64,000 nt of DNA from Octopus sinensis. Taxonomy: Eukaryota. The position numbers and the translations under genes are program-made. Position 1 is the stretch's first letter. Each line of letters starts with the position of its first letter. Below are positions 51,781-64,000 of this stretch, in pieces. Under the pieces are notes generated by a model. That model had not been told where the DNA came from, searched no databases, and saw only the letters and a list, made by a program, of their open reading frames with translations. The stretch is taken from the NCBI RefSeq assembly GCF_006345805.1, contig NC_043012.1:58776001-58840000 (forward strand), read 5' to 3'.

Positions 51781-54700
51781 TGTGTTAGCAACTGCAAGAA
51801 GTTATTTGGTTCAGTAATCTTACCAATTTATCAAATAGCAGGAATGTATTATCAACCTACATATTATATTTGTAGGTTATGAGAGCTCCAAAAGCGATAA
51901 ATTCAAAATAAAAACGAAAGACGTCATGACAAGTAAACAAAGAATTGAAGCATATTTACACACATTTATGGCATGTGTTGATATAAGAGGGAAAGAGAGG
52001 GAGAGAGAGAGAGAGGTAAAGACAGAGAGTGGGACAGACGGAGAGTGATAGAAAGAGGATTACATAATTAGTGTTTGAGAAGGAAAAGGTATAAGAATAA
52101 AAAGAAAGGGAGCAAGAGAGAGAGAGTAGGATAGAGATATTGTAGAAATTACATTATTGAAAGATCACAAATTAATATCGAGAAAACTAAATGCATTCTT
52201 TGTTCTAGTTTCCAAAAGAGATTCCGATACCAATTACCTACAGTGTATGAAGAATATATTCTTCGCACTTTATGATGCTAAGCTGATGTTTTCTAATTAC
52301 TTAACTTTAATAAATACGATTATACAATCCTTAAAATAGGGTTAATAAGATTAGAAACGTTTGATTAATTAACCCAGTGTATAAAATACACAACGAGGAA
52401 GCGAAAGAGAATTACTTATTTCTTTGTTAAAATAATTACTGTTTCTTGTGAGTTTGAGAGGATAATATGTCGACACATTTTCTCGTTGTAACCATGTAGA
52501 TCATAATCAATAAGTGCTGTACTCACGCACCAGAACAAACATTGCCAGAATCTATATATTACACATATATCCATTTTGTTTTTAAGAGGATTAACACTTG
52601 ATAATTTCTTGTATGGTTACGATTATATAGGACATATTTGCTAATGTCGATGATTGTATATGACACGTTTATAAATCAAAGATATATTTCATATTTGCAA
52701 GTAATGTTCAGTGCCTTGCAGTCATTTGCTTTTCATATTTTAAGTAGCACTTCAGTTTAGAAATGACAATAGGTCGCTTCTGTGATTATAACGAATTAAG
52801 TCCTTACGAAGTTAGTCAATCAATAAACATGTTAACAGAAGTGTATTCTTCATTTGTGGCAATTTATCATGAAAGCATTAAGAACAGGCTGTAACAAAAA
52901 CTTACTTCTTACATACATAATTAATAGCGACAATAGCTTCAGTGAGAAATATCGAATAAAACTACTTTGTTTTTGATACGAATAAGTATTGATGTATATA
53001 ACACTGGCCAGGTAGGTAAGATTCTTTGGTGAACTGTGTAATTACCATGTGATCGTTTCCTATTGATGGCATTATGTTGTTGCTTAACCTCTACGTTAAC
53101 CTCTGTCCAGCAAATCTTATGATCAAGCGCGATTCAGCATTAAAGTGAGCAAGGTTACAATAAATTAAAATCGTAAATCATAGACAACTTAGCCAGTAAT
53201 GTGTAATCCATGATCATGAGCTAACCGCGATAACAGAAATAGGGGTCAGATATTTCGAGTTAAGACTCTTTATCGAGGAAGAGAAGGGAGGTACTTGTGC
53301 GTGTTGACAAATGGGTATCAGATTATAGTACATGTAATAGAGGTAGGAATTATGATGGTTGTTTGACGATTGATTATAAACAGAGGTGAGTGGACAGTGT
53401 ACAGTGGATCGGAACGTTTAACTTACGAATAGGTATAATATAGAGGCTGGGGAATTGTTGTGTACATACGTGCGTGTGTGGGAGGGTGTGTTTAGATGTA
53501 TGGATCTGTTATTCCATATGAGTGACGTTATGCACATTTATGTATCCGGGTGGTGTGTATATGTGTGTGAGTGTCTGTAGCGAATATGGTGTGAACGTAT
53601 TTATGTGTCTTTTTTGCGGCAGTGTAGAGGATAACAGAATATTCAGTCTTCTCCTGATGACCCGGAGAGATAACGTGTATAATTCAAACATGGTTCTTTA
53701 TTGGAGAAACTGCTCAATTGAAAAGGATTCGTGGTATTGGGGTAATACGAAAACAGGAATATTTGTAGTCATTGAAAAGAATTGGATAGACGGGTTATGT
53801 TTTGATAGACATTTTGCAGATACTCATGGAAGCAGTCGGTTTAGATTATGGTCATTTTCAACCATTTTGGTTTACGCGGCTATATACTTTATTAGATAAT
53901 GGAGGACTAATACAAAGTAGTCTGAAACTTGGAATATAGATTTTAGGCAGCTTAGACTTCTGATGTTGCAAGAGATAAACATGTATTCTGAGTGGATCAA
54001 GAGTAATCGAAAATTCCATGCTGTGTGTAACACTCGGAAAAGATAATACCTAACGATAATAAGTTAAGAGCAGAGTACGAGTTCAGAAATGATAGGAGCG
54101 CTAGTTGAGTCGGACTGCATCAAAAATGTGCGAAAGACAAAGTGTCAGTCTTGCTGCATGCTGGTTTGGGTAACTGGGAGTAAAATAATATTGAGTTTCA
54201 GATGGAAGAAGAATGACATGAGAGAAGTCGATGGCTTGGACTCGCGACGATTTGTGTGATTGGCGAGCTTGCTAGTGATATCGAGCTAGAAAGAAGGTCG
54301 CCAGTTTATATTTCTTGGAACCGGTATCACAAAAAATAGTCAACTATTTCGAAGGAGCACAGCCAGTTTGAAGAGTCGCCTAATAAATCCTATTCTCTAA
54401 ATAAGGTCTGCTTATTCTGGCTGTACAATATTTGGTAATCATCGACTTACAAGCAGAAGTTAATCATAGGTGCTATGTAGCTACGTAGCAGTTGCCAAAT
54501 GAGATATTTAATTATCATTACATTAAATATTGCAATAACACATTAATTAGAGGTTATACTATCGTGAATTTCACCAAATATGAAATTAGAACATCATTTT
54601 CCTATATTCATGAACGCGATTTCAGGCTGACACTACCACTCCAATTTAACTAGTATAGATATTTAATACTGCAAACATACAAAGCCAAGAGCTGTCGGAA

Positions 54701-55127
54701 TGCTTAGCGGCATTTCGTCTGCTTTACGTTCAGATTTCAAATTTCAGAGTCCGACTCTACTTTTCAGCCATTCGCAGTTGATAAAATAAGTACCCGTAGA
54801 ACACTGGGGACAATGCTAGCGTGTTACCCCCTACTCCGAACGTGCTGGCTTTGTACCAGGATTTGAAAGCAATACTATAAGCATGCATTGTAATACATTT
54901 TCTTTAGTAAGTGTGGCTAACTAACTCGCCATATATACTGCAAGTTATGCATCGCTGGAGAGGACTATCAATATTCAACCATGCATGATGCTGTCCCCCT
55001 ACTTTGTGTAAATATATGCAATAAGTCTGTGTGTGTGTGTGTGAGTAAATATATGCAATAAGTCTGTGTGTGTGTGTGAGTGTGTTTGTGTGTGTGTATG
55101 TGTGCGTGCGTGTGTGTGTGTGTGCAT

Positions 55128-55161
<34 letters not shown>

Positions 55162-55324
55162 TGTATGGAGTGATTCAGTAGTTTAAAGATGAAAGCGCGT
55201 TATTTAATATATCTTTGTTGATTCGATTTTGGTTAGAACCCTTAGTAATTCTATTACTCTGTATACTCTGCACGATATAGTTTTTTTTTTCTGAACCACG
55301 AGAAATTATACTCTTACCATTATG

Positions 55325-55359
<35 letters not shown>

Positions 55360-55468
55360 TCTTTCTTTCTCTGTCTCTCACTCTTTCACGATAAACACAC
55401 ACACACACGTATATGTACAAGTGTTTCCATACGTATACATACATACAACTATATATATAATGCATTAC

Positions 55469-55547
<79 letters not shown>

Positions 55548-55653
55548 GTAATGCATTATATATATAGTTGTATGTATGTATATATATATATACTGCATTA
55601 CTGTATATATATGTATATATATATATGTTATGTATTGCTGTATTTATACATAC

Positions 55654-55669
<16 letters not shown>

Positions 55670-55686
<17 letters not shown>

Positions 55687-55715
55687 TACATATATGTATT
55701 ACAGCATACATCTAC

Positions 55716-55782
<67 letters not shown>

Positions 55783-56275
55783 CTATCTATCTATCTATCT
55801 ATCATCTGTATATATATATATATTTTCAGTGATAGGGATAGTGATCAAGAGAGAGAGAGAGAGACGGGGACAGAGACAGACGGTTATGCTAGAAGAAGCA
55901 CGACAAAAGCAAATCAATATATTTATCTGTTTATACGTTTTTTTTTGTTTCTTTTTTAATCGGCAGAAAGTTACAAAAGGGACTCCAGGGTCAAGAGTTC
56001 TATGCGTGGCAATTTACCAACTTTGATACGTGCCACGCGAAAAAACGCCCGGCCGTTGAGTCACATTCTTCATAACTAACTTTGTGCTGGCTGCAAAAGT
56101 AAAAGAGTGCACACACACACACACACACACACGCACGCACACACACACACAACACACATATTTAAACACATAAACACAAAAACACATACACACAGATACA
56201 CACATGCACACACACTTAGTTATATATGTGTGTGTGTGCCATGTGTATAAACATTAACTATACATACACACACCA

Positions 56276-56314
<39 letters not shown>

Positions 56315-56330
56315 TATACATATATATAAC

Positions 56331-56371
<41 letters not shown>

Positions 56372-56419
56372 TATACATATATGTATTACAGCATACATCT
56401 ACCTATCTATCTATCTATC

Positions 56420-56471
<52 letters not shown>

Positions 56472-57010
56472 GTATATATATATATATTTTCAGTGATAGG
56501 GATAGTGATCAAGAGAGAGAGAGAGAGACGGGGACAGAGACAGACGGTTATGCTAGAAGAAGCACGACAAAAGCAAATCAATATATTTATCTGTTTATAC
56601 GTTTTTTTTTGTTTCTTTTTTAATCGGCAGAAAGTTACAAAAGGGACTCCAGGGTCAAGAGTTCTATGCGTGGCAATTTACCAACTTTGATACGTGCCAC
56701 GCGAAAAAACGCCCGGCCGTTGAGTCACATTCTTCATAACTAACTTTGTGCTGGCTGCAAAAGTAAAAAGAGTGCACACACACACACACACACACACACG
56801 CACGCACACACACACACACACACATATTTAAACACATAAACACAAAAACACATACACACAGATACACACATGCACACACACTTAGTTATATATGTGTGTG
56901 TGTGCCATGTGTATAAACATTAACTATACATACACACACCACTTATATATATATATATATATATAATATATATATATATACATATATATATACATATATA
57001 TATATATATA
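55670..57010. repeat. Near-identical ~665-bp tandem duplication
   Basis: Anchors at 55882/56546 (offset 664) and 56215/56881 (offset 666). The differences I can see are microsatellite or homopolymer length changes. Confidence 0.95.
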
Positions 57011-57029
57011 ATATATATGTATGTATTTA

Positions 57030-57077
<48 letters not shown>

Positions 57078-57666
57078 TGCTCATCTTTACATTTTGGTGT
57101 TTTGCTGAGATTTTTCTTGAGAACACATTCTTCGTGGTAATGGCCATTTGACGTCTATGTTTAGCATATTAGGTGTCCACTTTAGTGGTCATTCCTCTCA
57201 ATTTTGTTTATAATCTTCTGTGTATTTGTCTGTGTGTATATGCGCTTGAATAAAAATACAGACGCTCACGAATCGATGTTTCTCAGATTTACATATATCT
57301 AACAACGACTCAACAGTTAAAAGGCGGTTTTTTTTTACCTTTATGCTTACAGGAAATAATGAAATGGAAATAATCAACCTAAAATACACCACAGCAATAA
57401 AGAATGGAATATTTACAACGAATATTGTCAGAAGTTGTTGAATTAAATAGTTACTAATCTTGCTACACGATATATAGTGGTCGATAACATCACTCGTAGG
57501 TGATGTTTGATATATAAATCGCGAGAAAAACGACAAATGTGAAAGCGATAACTTTATATAATACCTTATATAGAAAGGAAATCTGCCTAAGAAATGTAAT
57601 GAAAAATAGCTTTAAAGTGACTATTAGGGTGGTAAAAATGGGATCTTTACCTTTTGACAGACATTA

Positions 57667-58353
57667 CATAACATAAACATCAAAACATTTTTAGGATCTT
57701 TACCTTTTGACCGACAGATTTAAAACATAATTTTTTGTAACTAAACACTATCAAACTTCGGACACTGGTAGAATGTGTCATATAAAACATATTTTACTGT
57801 TAGCATTTTTGAGAAAAATTTATATTTACGAAGCTATTTCACGTTAAAGTTGTCCTATTTCAGTAATTTCAACCAATCAGTGACGTGTATTCAGTTGAAT
57901 AAAATTACTGCCCTTGTTTGTCAACAACAACTATCGGCGGTGTATTTTTGTTTGTCACTGTTATTTATGACATCGTTCGTGCGTTTGTACTGGTTTTAGC
58001 TTTAAGATTTTAGGGTTAGGGTTAAGATAAGAGTTTTAGGGCTAGGTTGTCATAAATAACAGTGACAAACGGAATATACACTGCCGGAAGTTCTTGTTGA
58101 CAAAAACAGCAGTAATTTCAGTCAGCTGAATACACGTCATTGGTTGGTTGAAATTACCGAAATAGGAGAAATTTAACGTGAAATAACTTCGTAAATATAA
58201 GTTTTTCTCAAAAAGGCTAACAGTAAAAAATGTTTTATATGACACATTCTTTCAGTGTCCCAAGTTTGAAAGTGTTTAGTTACAAAATATTATTTTTTAA
58301 ATCTTTCGGTCAAACGGTAAAGATCCTAAAAATGTGTTGAAGTTTATGTTATG
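57667..58353. mobile_element. Fold-back/MITE-like element with ~306-bp inverted arms and a TTAGGG-containing spacer
   Basis: 57667-57972 is an imperfect reverse complement of 58048-58353. The spacer contains TTAGGGTTAGGGTTAAG (58010-58026). No TSD identified. Confidence 0.8.
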
Positions 58354-61300
58354 CTCTAGGTAGACGCATTAAATCATTTGCAGTACAATACTAGTTCATC
58401 TCAAAGAGATACCTACGCTGTGCTAGTGCTCAGTAGATCAACTGTGTGTCGGTTTTATAACTTTATGTCTACATTAATTTACACAAGCGGGCTAAATGAA
58501 CGGTAAATATTCCATACCCAGAAAAGATATTGAACTTTTACCAAAACCCCATTTGATGTATATCAGAACATTTGAGATATAATTCTTATTACCTCATTAG
58601 CCGCTGTTGACCTTACGATATTTAGTCATTTATTTACTAAATATTTTACAGTTCTTATCGAGAGCACTTCTCTAAACACACGAACATTTAAGAAACTATG
58701 CACCTCATCAACTTCTGTTAACATAATGATATTAATTTGTGTAGTTACACAATGTGTATCAATTGCTAATGCCCCTCGTAAATATGGTGCGTTAATATTA
58801 AACCATTGGGAGTTATAGGTTATTGATACAAAATATTCTTCAGAAAAATAATCGTGTCGAAATCATATGTTCATCCTGTCTGTATACAATTAAACTAATT
58901 ACATCAACAAACATACGCAGGATTTGAAAATGAAATACTTTTAATAATTTGCGAACTTTACGTCGAAAACCTTAACATGTCACTCGAAATAAAAAATGTT
59001 TGTTTTCCCAACAATTCGACGAGAATCATGTCTCTAAAGTCTTTCACAAAGTTAAAAATAAATGGTTACAAACTTTCTTGAAATTACTAAAGGTCTTTAT
59101 CCTTGGAGATCACGATAATAAAACAATAAAATAAGCTTAATGTCGCCCATAAAACAATGGTGTTACTCATAACATTACGAAAGAAAACACTAAAGGGCTT
59201 AAGCACTTAAAACATTATGGTTGCTCTGTTTGCATCTGAAATATGATCTGAATTGATCACAGTTTGGTTGCTAATTGGTTACTTTCTCACAAATCAAGCC
59301 GTCAGTACATTTTATCAGAATCATTTCAACACACTACTAAACCATCCTCCGGTGCTTGCAGTTTCAGTATCCGTCTGTCTCTCTCTTTCCTTTTAAATAC
59401 GCTGGCTACAGTTCTCTCTATCTCACTATTGAGTAATTCGCTAGAAGTATTATCATTGTCCTTCTACTTCATATACATCCAACTTAAAAGGTTTATGCAT
59501 CACTTGAACGCTAATACTATGTTATCAGTTTTATTGCAAGGTTATTAGATAATTGCATTTTAGTTCAGGTTTGAGATGCTGTTCCCATAGCATTTTTAGT
59601 ATTCCCCACTAGACTGGTGTGATTGATGTGATTGATGTTCAACTTGACTTTTGATAGCTACAGAAAATATATAGGCGTGAAGGGAGCGTTACTGTCCTGT
59701 TTCAAATTTTAGGGCGAAGAAACGGGTTTAATCCGGTGTTTGTGGAATGAGACACGGTGAGAGTGAAAAACAGAGAAGAAGTGTGAATAAAACAGATTCA
59801 TTGTTCAGAAAAAGCAAACCATTGTAGTATTGCTGGGGGGTTTTCCTGTATAATAAATGACATTGTTCCAATTAATTCTGAATATAGTAAACTTGCCATA
59901 CGTGCAACTTAATCCTATTTTTAGAACTGATGTCTTAAGCAAAAGCTTTCATATTGAATAGCACTTCAAACCATAGTGTAGACATTTGGTCATCAGAAGA
60001 GGACATCTGCAACTGCGGAGAGAGTAACACCAGTTGTCAAGTTTCTACTGGATTCTTTTAATACTATTTTTAAGTAGAGATGGAGTAGTGCTGCAACTAT
60101 GCTTCTCAGAGATGCGTAGCATCTATATTTTATTTCGCACCACTGAGAAAACACAGTTTGCTATATTACAGTTAGAGCATGATTTAAAAGAGCCTGTCTT
60201 TAACCTAGACATGTGATGTCAAGATTTTGCATGTGGATATATATTTGGTTGTTAGTCATTCATTTAGGAATAACAGAGAGCGAGGAACCTCATTCTTACA
60301 ATAATAAGAACAATTCTGCACTAAATAGAATGAATAAGGTCAAAAACACGAATAAATTATGAAGAAGAGAATTCTGACGTCTTGGACAGGGCCGTTTCTC
60401 GGAGCACACTACCTAAAATGTCGAAAATTTTCTCTTCTTTACGGCGAACTAAATTATTCCACTTTGGGATCTTCATATTTATAATTTGCCGTCGCCTCGC
60501 TTGTTTCTTTGGAGTCCATTGTTTCAGTTTGAAATAATATGGGTTGTGGAGGATTTGTCGAAACATGATGAGGTGGAGCAGTCTCACAGGAAAATTTCTG
60601 TACAAGGAATGAGAAATGGACAGGAAGGAAGTGGTAGGGGAGCGGTTTTGTCAGTTTTACTTGGAACGTCCTCGCGGGAGAAGAAGTCGGAGACATTTCT
60701 TTATTATAATGGCAACTACATGCCATTTGCTGAAGTTCTCAGGCAAGAGGGATAAATTGTGCTGTTCTTGTCATCGTAGTCGACGTCGTAGTCGTCGCCG
60801 TTGTTGTTTTATTAGCAGACATATGACAAAGAAGATTCTAGCCATTGATATTTGTCATTTTGTTTTGTTCACACATAGTGTATCTAGAAATAATATAACC
60901 ATTGAGTCCTTCTGTCGGTTTGAGGAAGATTTTACTGCTATTTCAAGTAATGGGACTAGAATGTTTATGTTCGCTCAGACTTCAGATAGAACATATAACT
61001 GTACAGCAACCGGATTGTAGTTATTACAAGGAAAGTGGGATAACGAAATTTTCTATAGAAATTTTACACACCAAAATATACACACCACAAAGTATATATG
61101 CAAATTTACGTAGAATCCAGGCTGAAAGGTGTTCATATACAGCCCCAAAAAAGCAGGACTCTCTCTTTTAAGACTAAGAAATACTTTCTGTCACAGATTT
61201 CTTGACATTTCACGGGCTAAAAGGTCAGATATTTTAATTTCGAAAGAAATGACAAGCTACAGTAATTTATACAGAACACTAGCAATTATGTCAAAACATA

Positions 61301-62381
61301 ATTATCCCTAATCTCAAAACTTCGGTTATTAGACGAGAATCTCGCAAAGTCTCATAAACATTTTTTTCCCGTTTATTTATTTCTATTTTGTTACTGTTCT
61401 TGGTTTGCATGAATGTCGTAACTTGTTTCGCAATGTTAAACGTAAAGTTTAACCATCCTTACGTGATAGCCTTCTGGCTGAGAATATTTAAATGCAACGC
61501 ATATATTTATGAGAACGAAGCGAGGGAAAAAAAATCCTCATGTAGGTAAATGTTTATGGAAAATGGTGCACGCCTTCGTTAACCTATATCTATCTCATTG
61601 TAGCTAATATGCTTAAATATCTCCAAAAAATGTAAATAAATAAATGAATATTATTCAACACGACTCGTTACTCTAACTACAGCCACTCCCTGAATCATCT
61701 TATTCACGCCACCAAATTTATTGCCTCAGGCATTCTACATTTCCTTGTGTAATTCCATTTAATTAATGTTTTGTGTACCAGGCTATATATAATGCACGTG
61801 TGTACATGTCTATACTCCGTGTGTATGTATATAATGTATCTGCTCTATTCCCCACAGTATGCGCATATTAATATATAATAAATACTTGTATACATGCTTA
61901 TGCATTTCTATACTGTTACGTAGTTTATGCGTATGTATAATACATTTGTGCTAAACCACTATGTGTGTATAAATGCCGGTTATTATACAAATGCTTGTCT
62001 GCGTGTCTGTAATTTTTCTGTGCCGGTCTGTCTGTCTAATGGCGTATGTTTTCAGCATATTGTGGTTTTGAAACCTGCGTAAGCATAATTACAAGTATTA
62101 TTCTAATTTCATATTCTGTCTGCTGGAAACTGTGCATATATTATACTGCGATAGACACGCTGAGACAGATATTTTTGTATCTCTCTGAATAAGAGTGTTT
62201 CACAAAGATCTTACAATACACATTTGTCACCAGATCCATGTAGCCAACAAAAGCTACGATAATGGAGTGTCAAAACAAATTGTTTGCTCTGTAAACACTA
62301 CGCAGATGATTCATGATCACCGGAGAAGTAAAGGGGATAAGGCATATGAATACACAAACATTCTCATATACACACATACAC

Positions 62382-62470
<89 letters not shown>

Positions 62471-62564
62471 TTCGCATATATACATATACAATATTCATAT
62501 ACAGATATAGGTATGGAAAAATATTAGATATACAAGTATACATATATGAGTATACAAATACATC

Positions 62565-62603
<39 letters not shown>

Positions 62604-62609
62604 CCTATC

Positions 62610-62650
<41 letters not shown>

Positions 62651-62774
62651 CCTGTACCCATATATGCATGTATATATACATGTAGAGTTAGGTACGCACA
62701 TATATGTATCTATATATGCATATGTTTTACTTATTAATTTATATATATATATATATTATATATATATATATATC

Positions 62775-62806
<32 letters not shown>

Positions 62807-62842
62807 TTACATATACACACAGAAAGATAGAGAAAGTCGGAG

Positions 62843-62879
<37 letters not shown>

Positions 62880-63009
62880 CTTTCGCATGGATGTACATAT
62901 AAGTTACCCTTTTATATATGTGACTGTGTGTGTGTGTATGTGTGTGTGTGTGTTTATACCAATATATTCTGATACATAGGTGCATAAAACGTTTGAGAAA
63001 AAGCATATA

Positions 63010-63223
63010 TGAGAGGGTACTGAACAGCTTTTGACTTTGGATAAAAGATTACAGGAGGATCAGTTAATCATGAATTTATTCAACATATTCCCCTCTCAGA
63101 TCTACATTTATACTGCAGCGGTTCTACAGTATTTCTAAGCCCTGTAGAAGAACTCAGAAGTCTGGGTCTCCAGTCAGGCCCTTCGCATCCCTTTAAGGCC
63201 AGGAACTTTTCAGTACCCTGTCG
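63010..63223 (-). mobile_element. Mariner-derived MITE
   Basis: TIRs ...AGGGTACTGAA(A/C)AG..., TA TSDs; retains a transposase C-terminal remnant ending ...RGICX/EYVE*. Confidence 0.85.
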
Positions 63224-63444
63224 TACATGTATGTGTATACACACATAATCATACATATATGTTTGTATAGGGAAATATATATATGCATGTATATACTTAT
63301 TGTATACACACACATATACTTGCATGTATATATTTATTTGTACATACATACGCGCACATGCACAAATGCACTCACACCCACACGCCGCCCACACATACAC
63401 ACATATATTAGCCTTGTACAGGCTGTTTAAAAAGTCTCTCCTCA

Positions 63445-63640
63445 TTGAATTTTTTCAACCTGCGTATCACCATGGCGCTAATTCAAGAGTTATTCGATGA
63501 ACGGATTATTTCTTAGGGACTTTGGCCACCAAGACCACCTGATTTAATACCACCAGACTTTTTTTCTGGGAAGCAAGTAAAGGATCATTATACAAGAATC
63601 GCCCGAAGACCATTAAATACTTGCTACGGAGAGCCCTCGT
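63445..63640 (+). mobile_element. Tc1/mariner-superfamily transposase catalytic-domain fragment
   Basis: TMALIQELFDERIIS*GLWPPRPPDLIPPDFF then (frameshift) WEASKGSLYKNRPKTI = WPPRSPDL.P.DF.LWG..K..VY motif. Confidence 0.8.
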
Positions 63641-63703
63641 GAACACCCTATCTTTCTCAATATCTTGACTTTAATCAACAATGTAAGAATTGCCCTTACA
63701 ATG

Positions 63704-63924
63704 AATATTTATTCTTTTCTTCTCTAGGCACGAGGCTCGAAATATTAGGGAAGGGGGCCAGTCGATTGGATCGACCCCAGTACGCAAATGGTACTTACTT
63801 TATCGACCCCAAAAGGATGAAAGCTAAATCGACCTCGGCGGAATTTGGACTCACAACGTAAAAACAGATGAAATAATGCTAAGCATTTCGCCTGGCAAGC
63901 TAAAGTTCCCGATAGCTCGTCGCC
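63704..63924 (-). mobile_element. SINE family B
   Basis: Homologous to 6411-6628. Confidence 0.85.
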
Positions 63925-64000
63925 TTTTACAGTGAACATTTATTGCATCACTCTGGACACGATTAGAGAGAATCGTTATATCCTTCCAAGATTTAAATTT

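Noticed and set aside
53100-54400. Possible degraded Penelope RT on the minus strand (KHNPSIQF, CYPLHCRK)
   Set aside because: Motif echoes are too sparse to call without a profile search.
55010-55082. ~37-bp tandem duplication (also a ~20-bp one near 42670-42710)
   Set aside because: Ordinary slippage duplications; far too few units and no spacers for a CRISPR-like array.
57198-57536. 112-aa minus-strand ORF with a hydrophobic stretch (possible receptor TM segment)
   Set aside because: T-rich composition explains the hydrophobicity; no family motif and no consistent splice sites.

Overview
AT-rich, microsatellite-saturated eukaryotic DNA. The tRNA-derived SINE families and repeat landscape resemble Octopus (coleoid cephalopod); that assignment comes from my recall of these repeats, not from a database search. 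No host protein-coding gene can be called confidently. Most ORFs in the track are translations of (TA)n, (CA)n, (TATC)n, (GA)n or (ATT)n repeats. Recognisable content: several SINE families, Helitrons (one with a PIF1-like helicase remnant), Tc1/mariner remnants and MITEs, CR1, R4-like, RTE-like and Penelope-like retroelement fragments, and an isolated 3'-terminal 28S rRNA fragment. The most interesting feature is a small Penelope/retrozyme-like unit at 48419-49119. It carries two oppositely oriented, fully foldable minimal hammerhead ribozymes with a U3:A8 variant core. Two further hammerhead-like motifs lie at 5099-5140 and 39849-39892, also next to (TA)n tracts. Other highlights: a Helitron-associated local capture of flanking DNA (730-1320 vs 8130-8627), a nested Helitron/166-bp array/MITE composite (36446-38704), a fold-back element with a telomeric-repeat core (57667-58353), and a near-identical ~665-bp tandem duplication containing a candidate exon.
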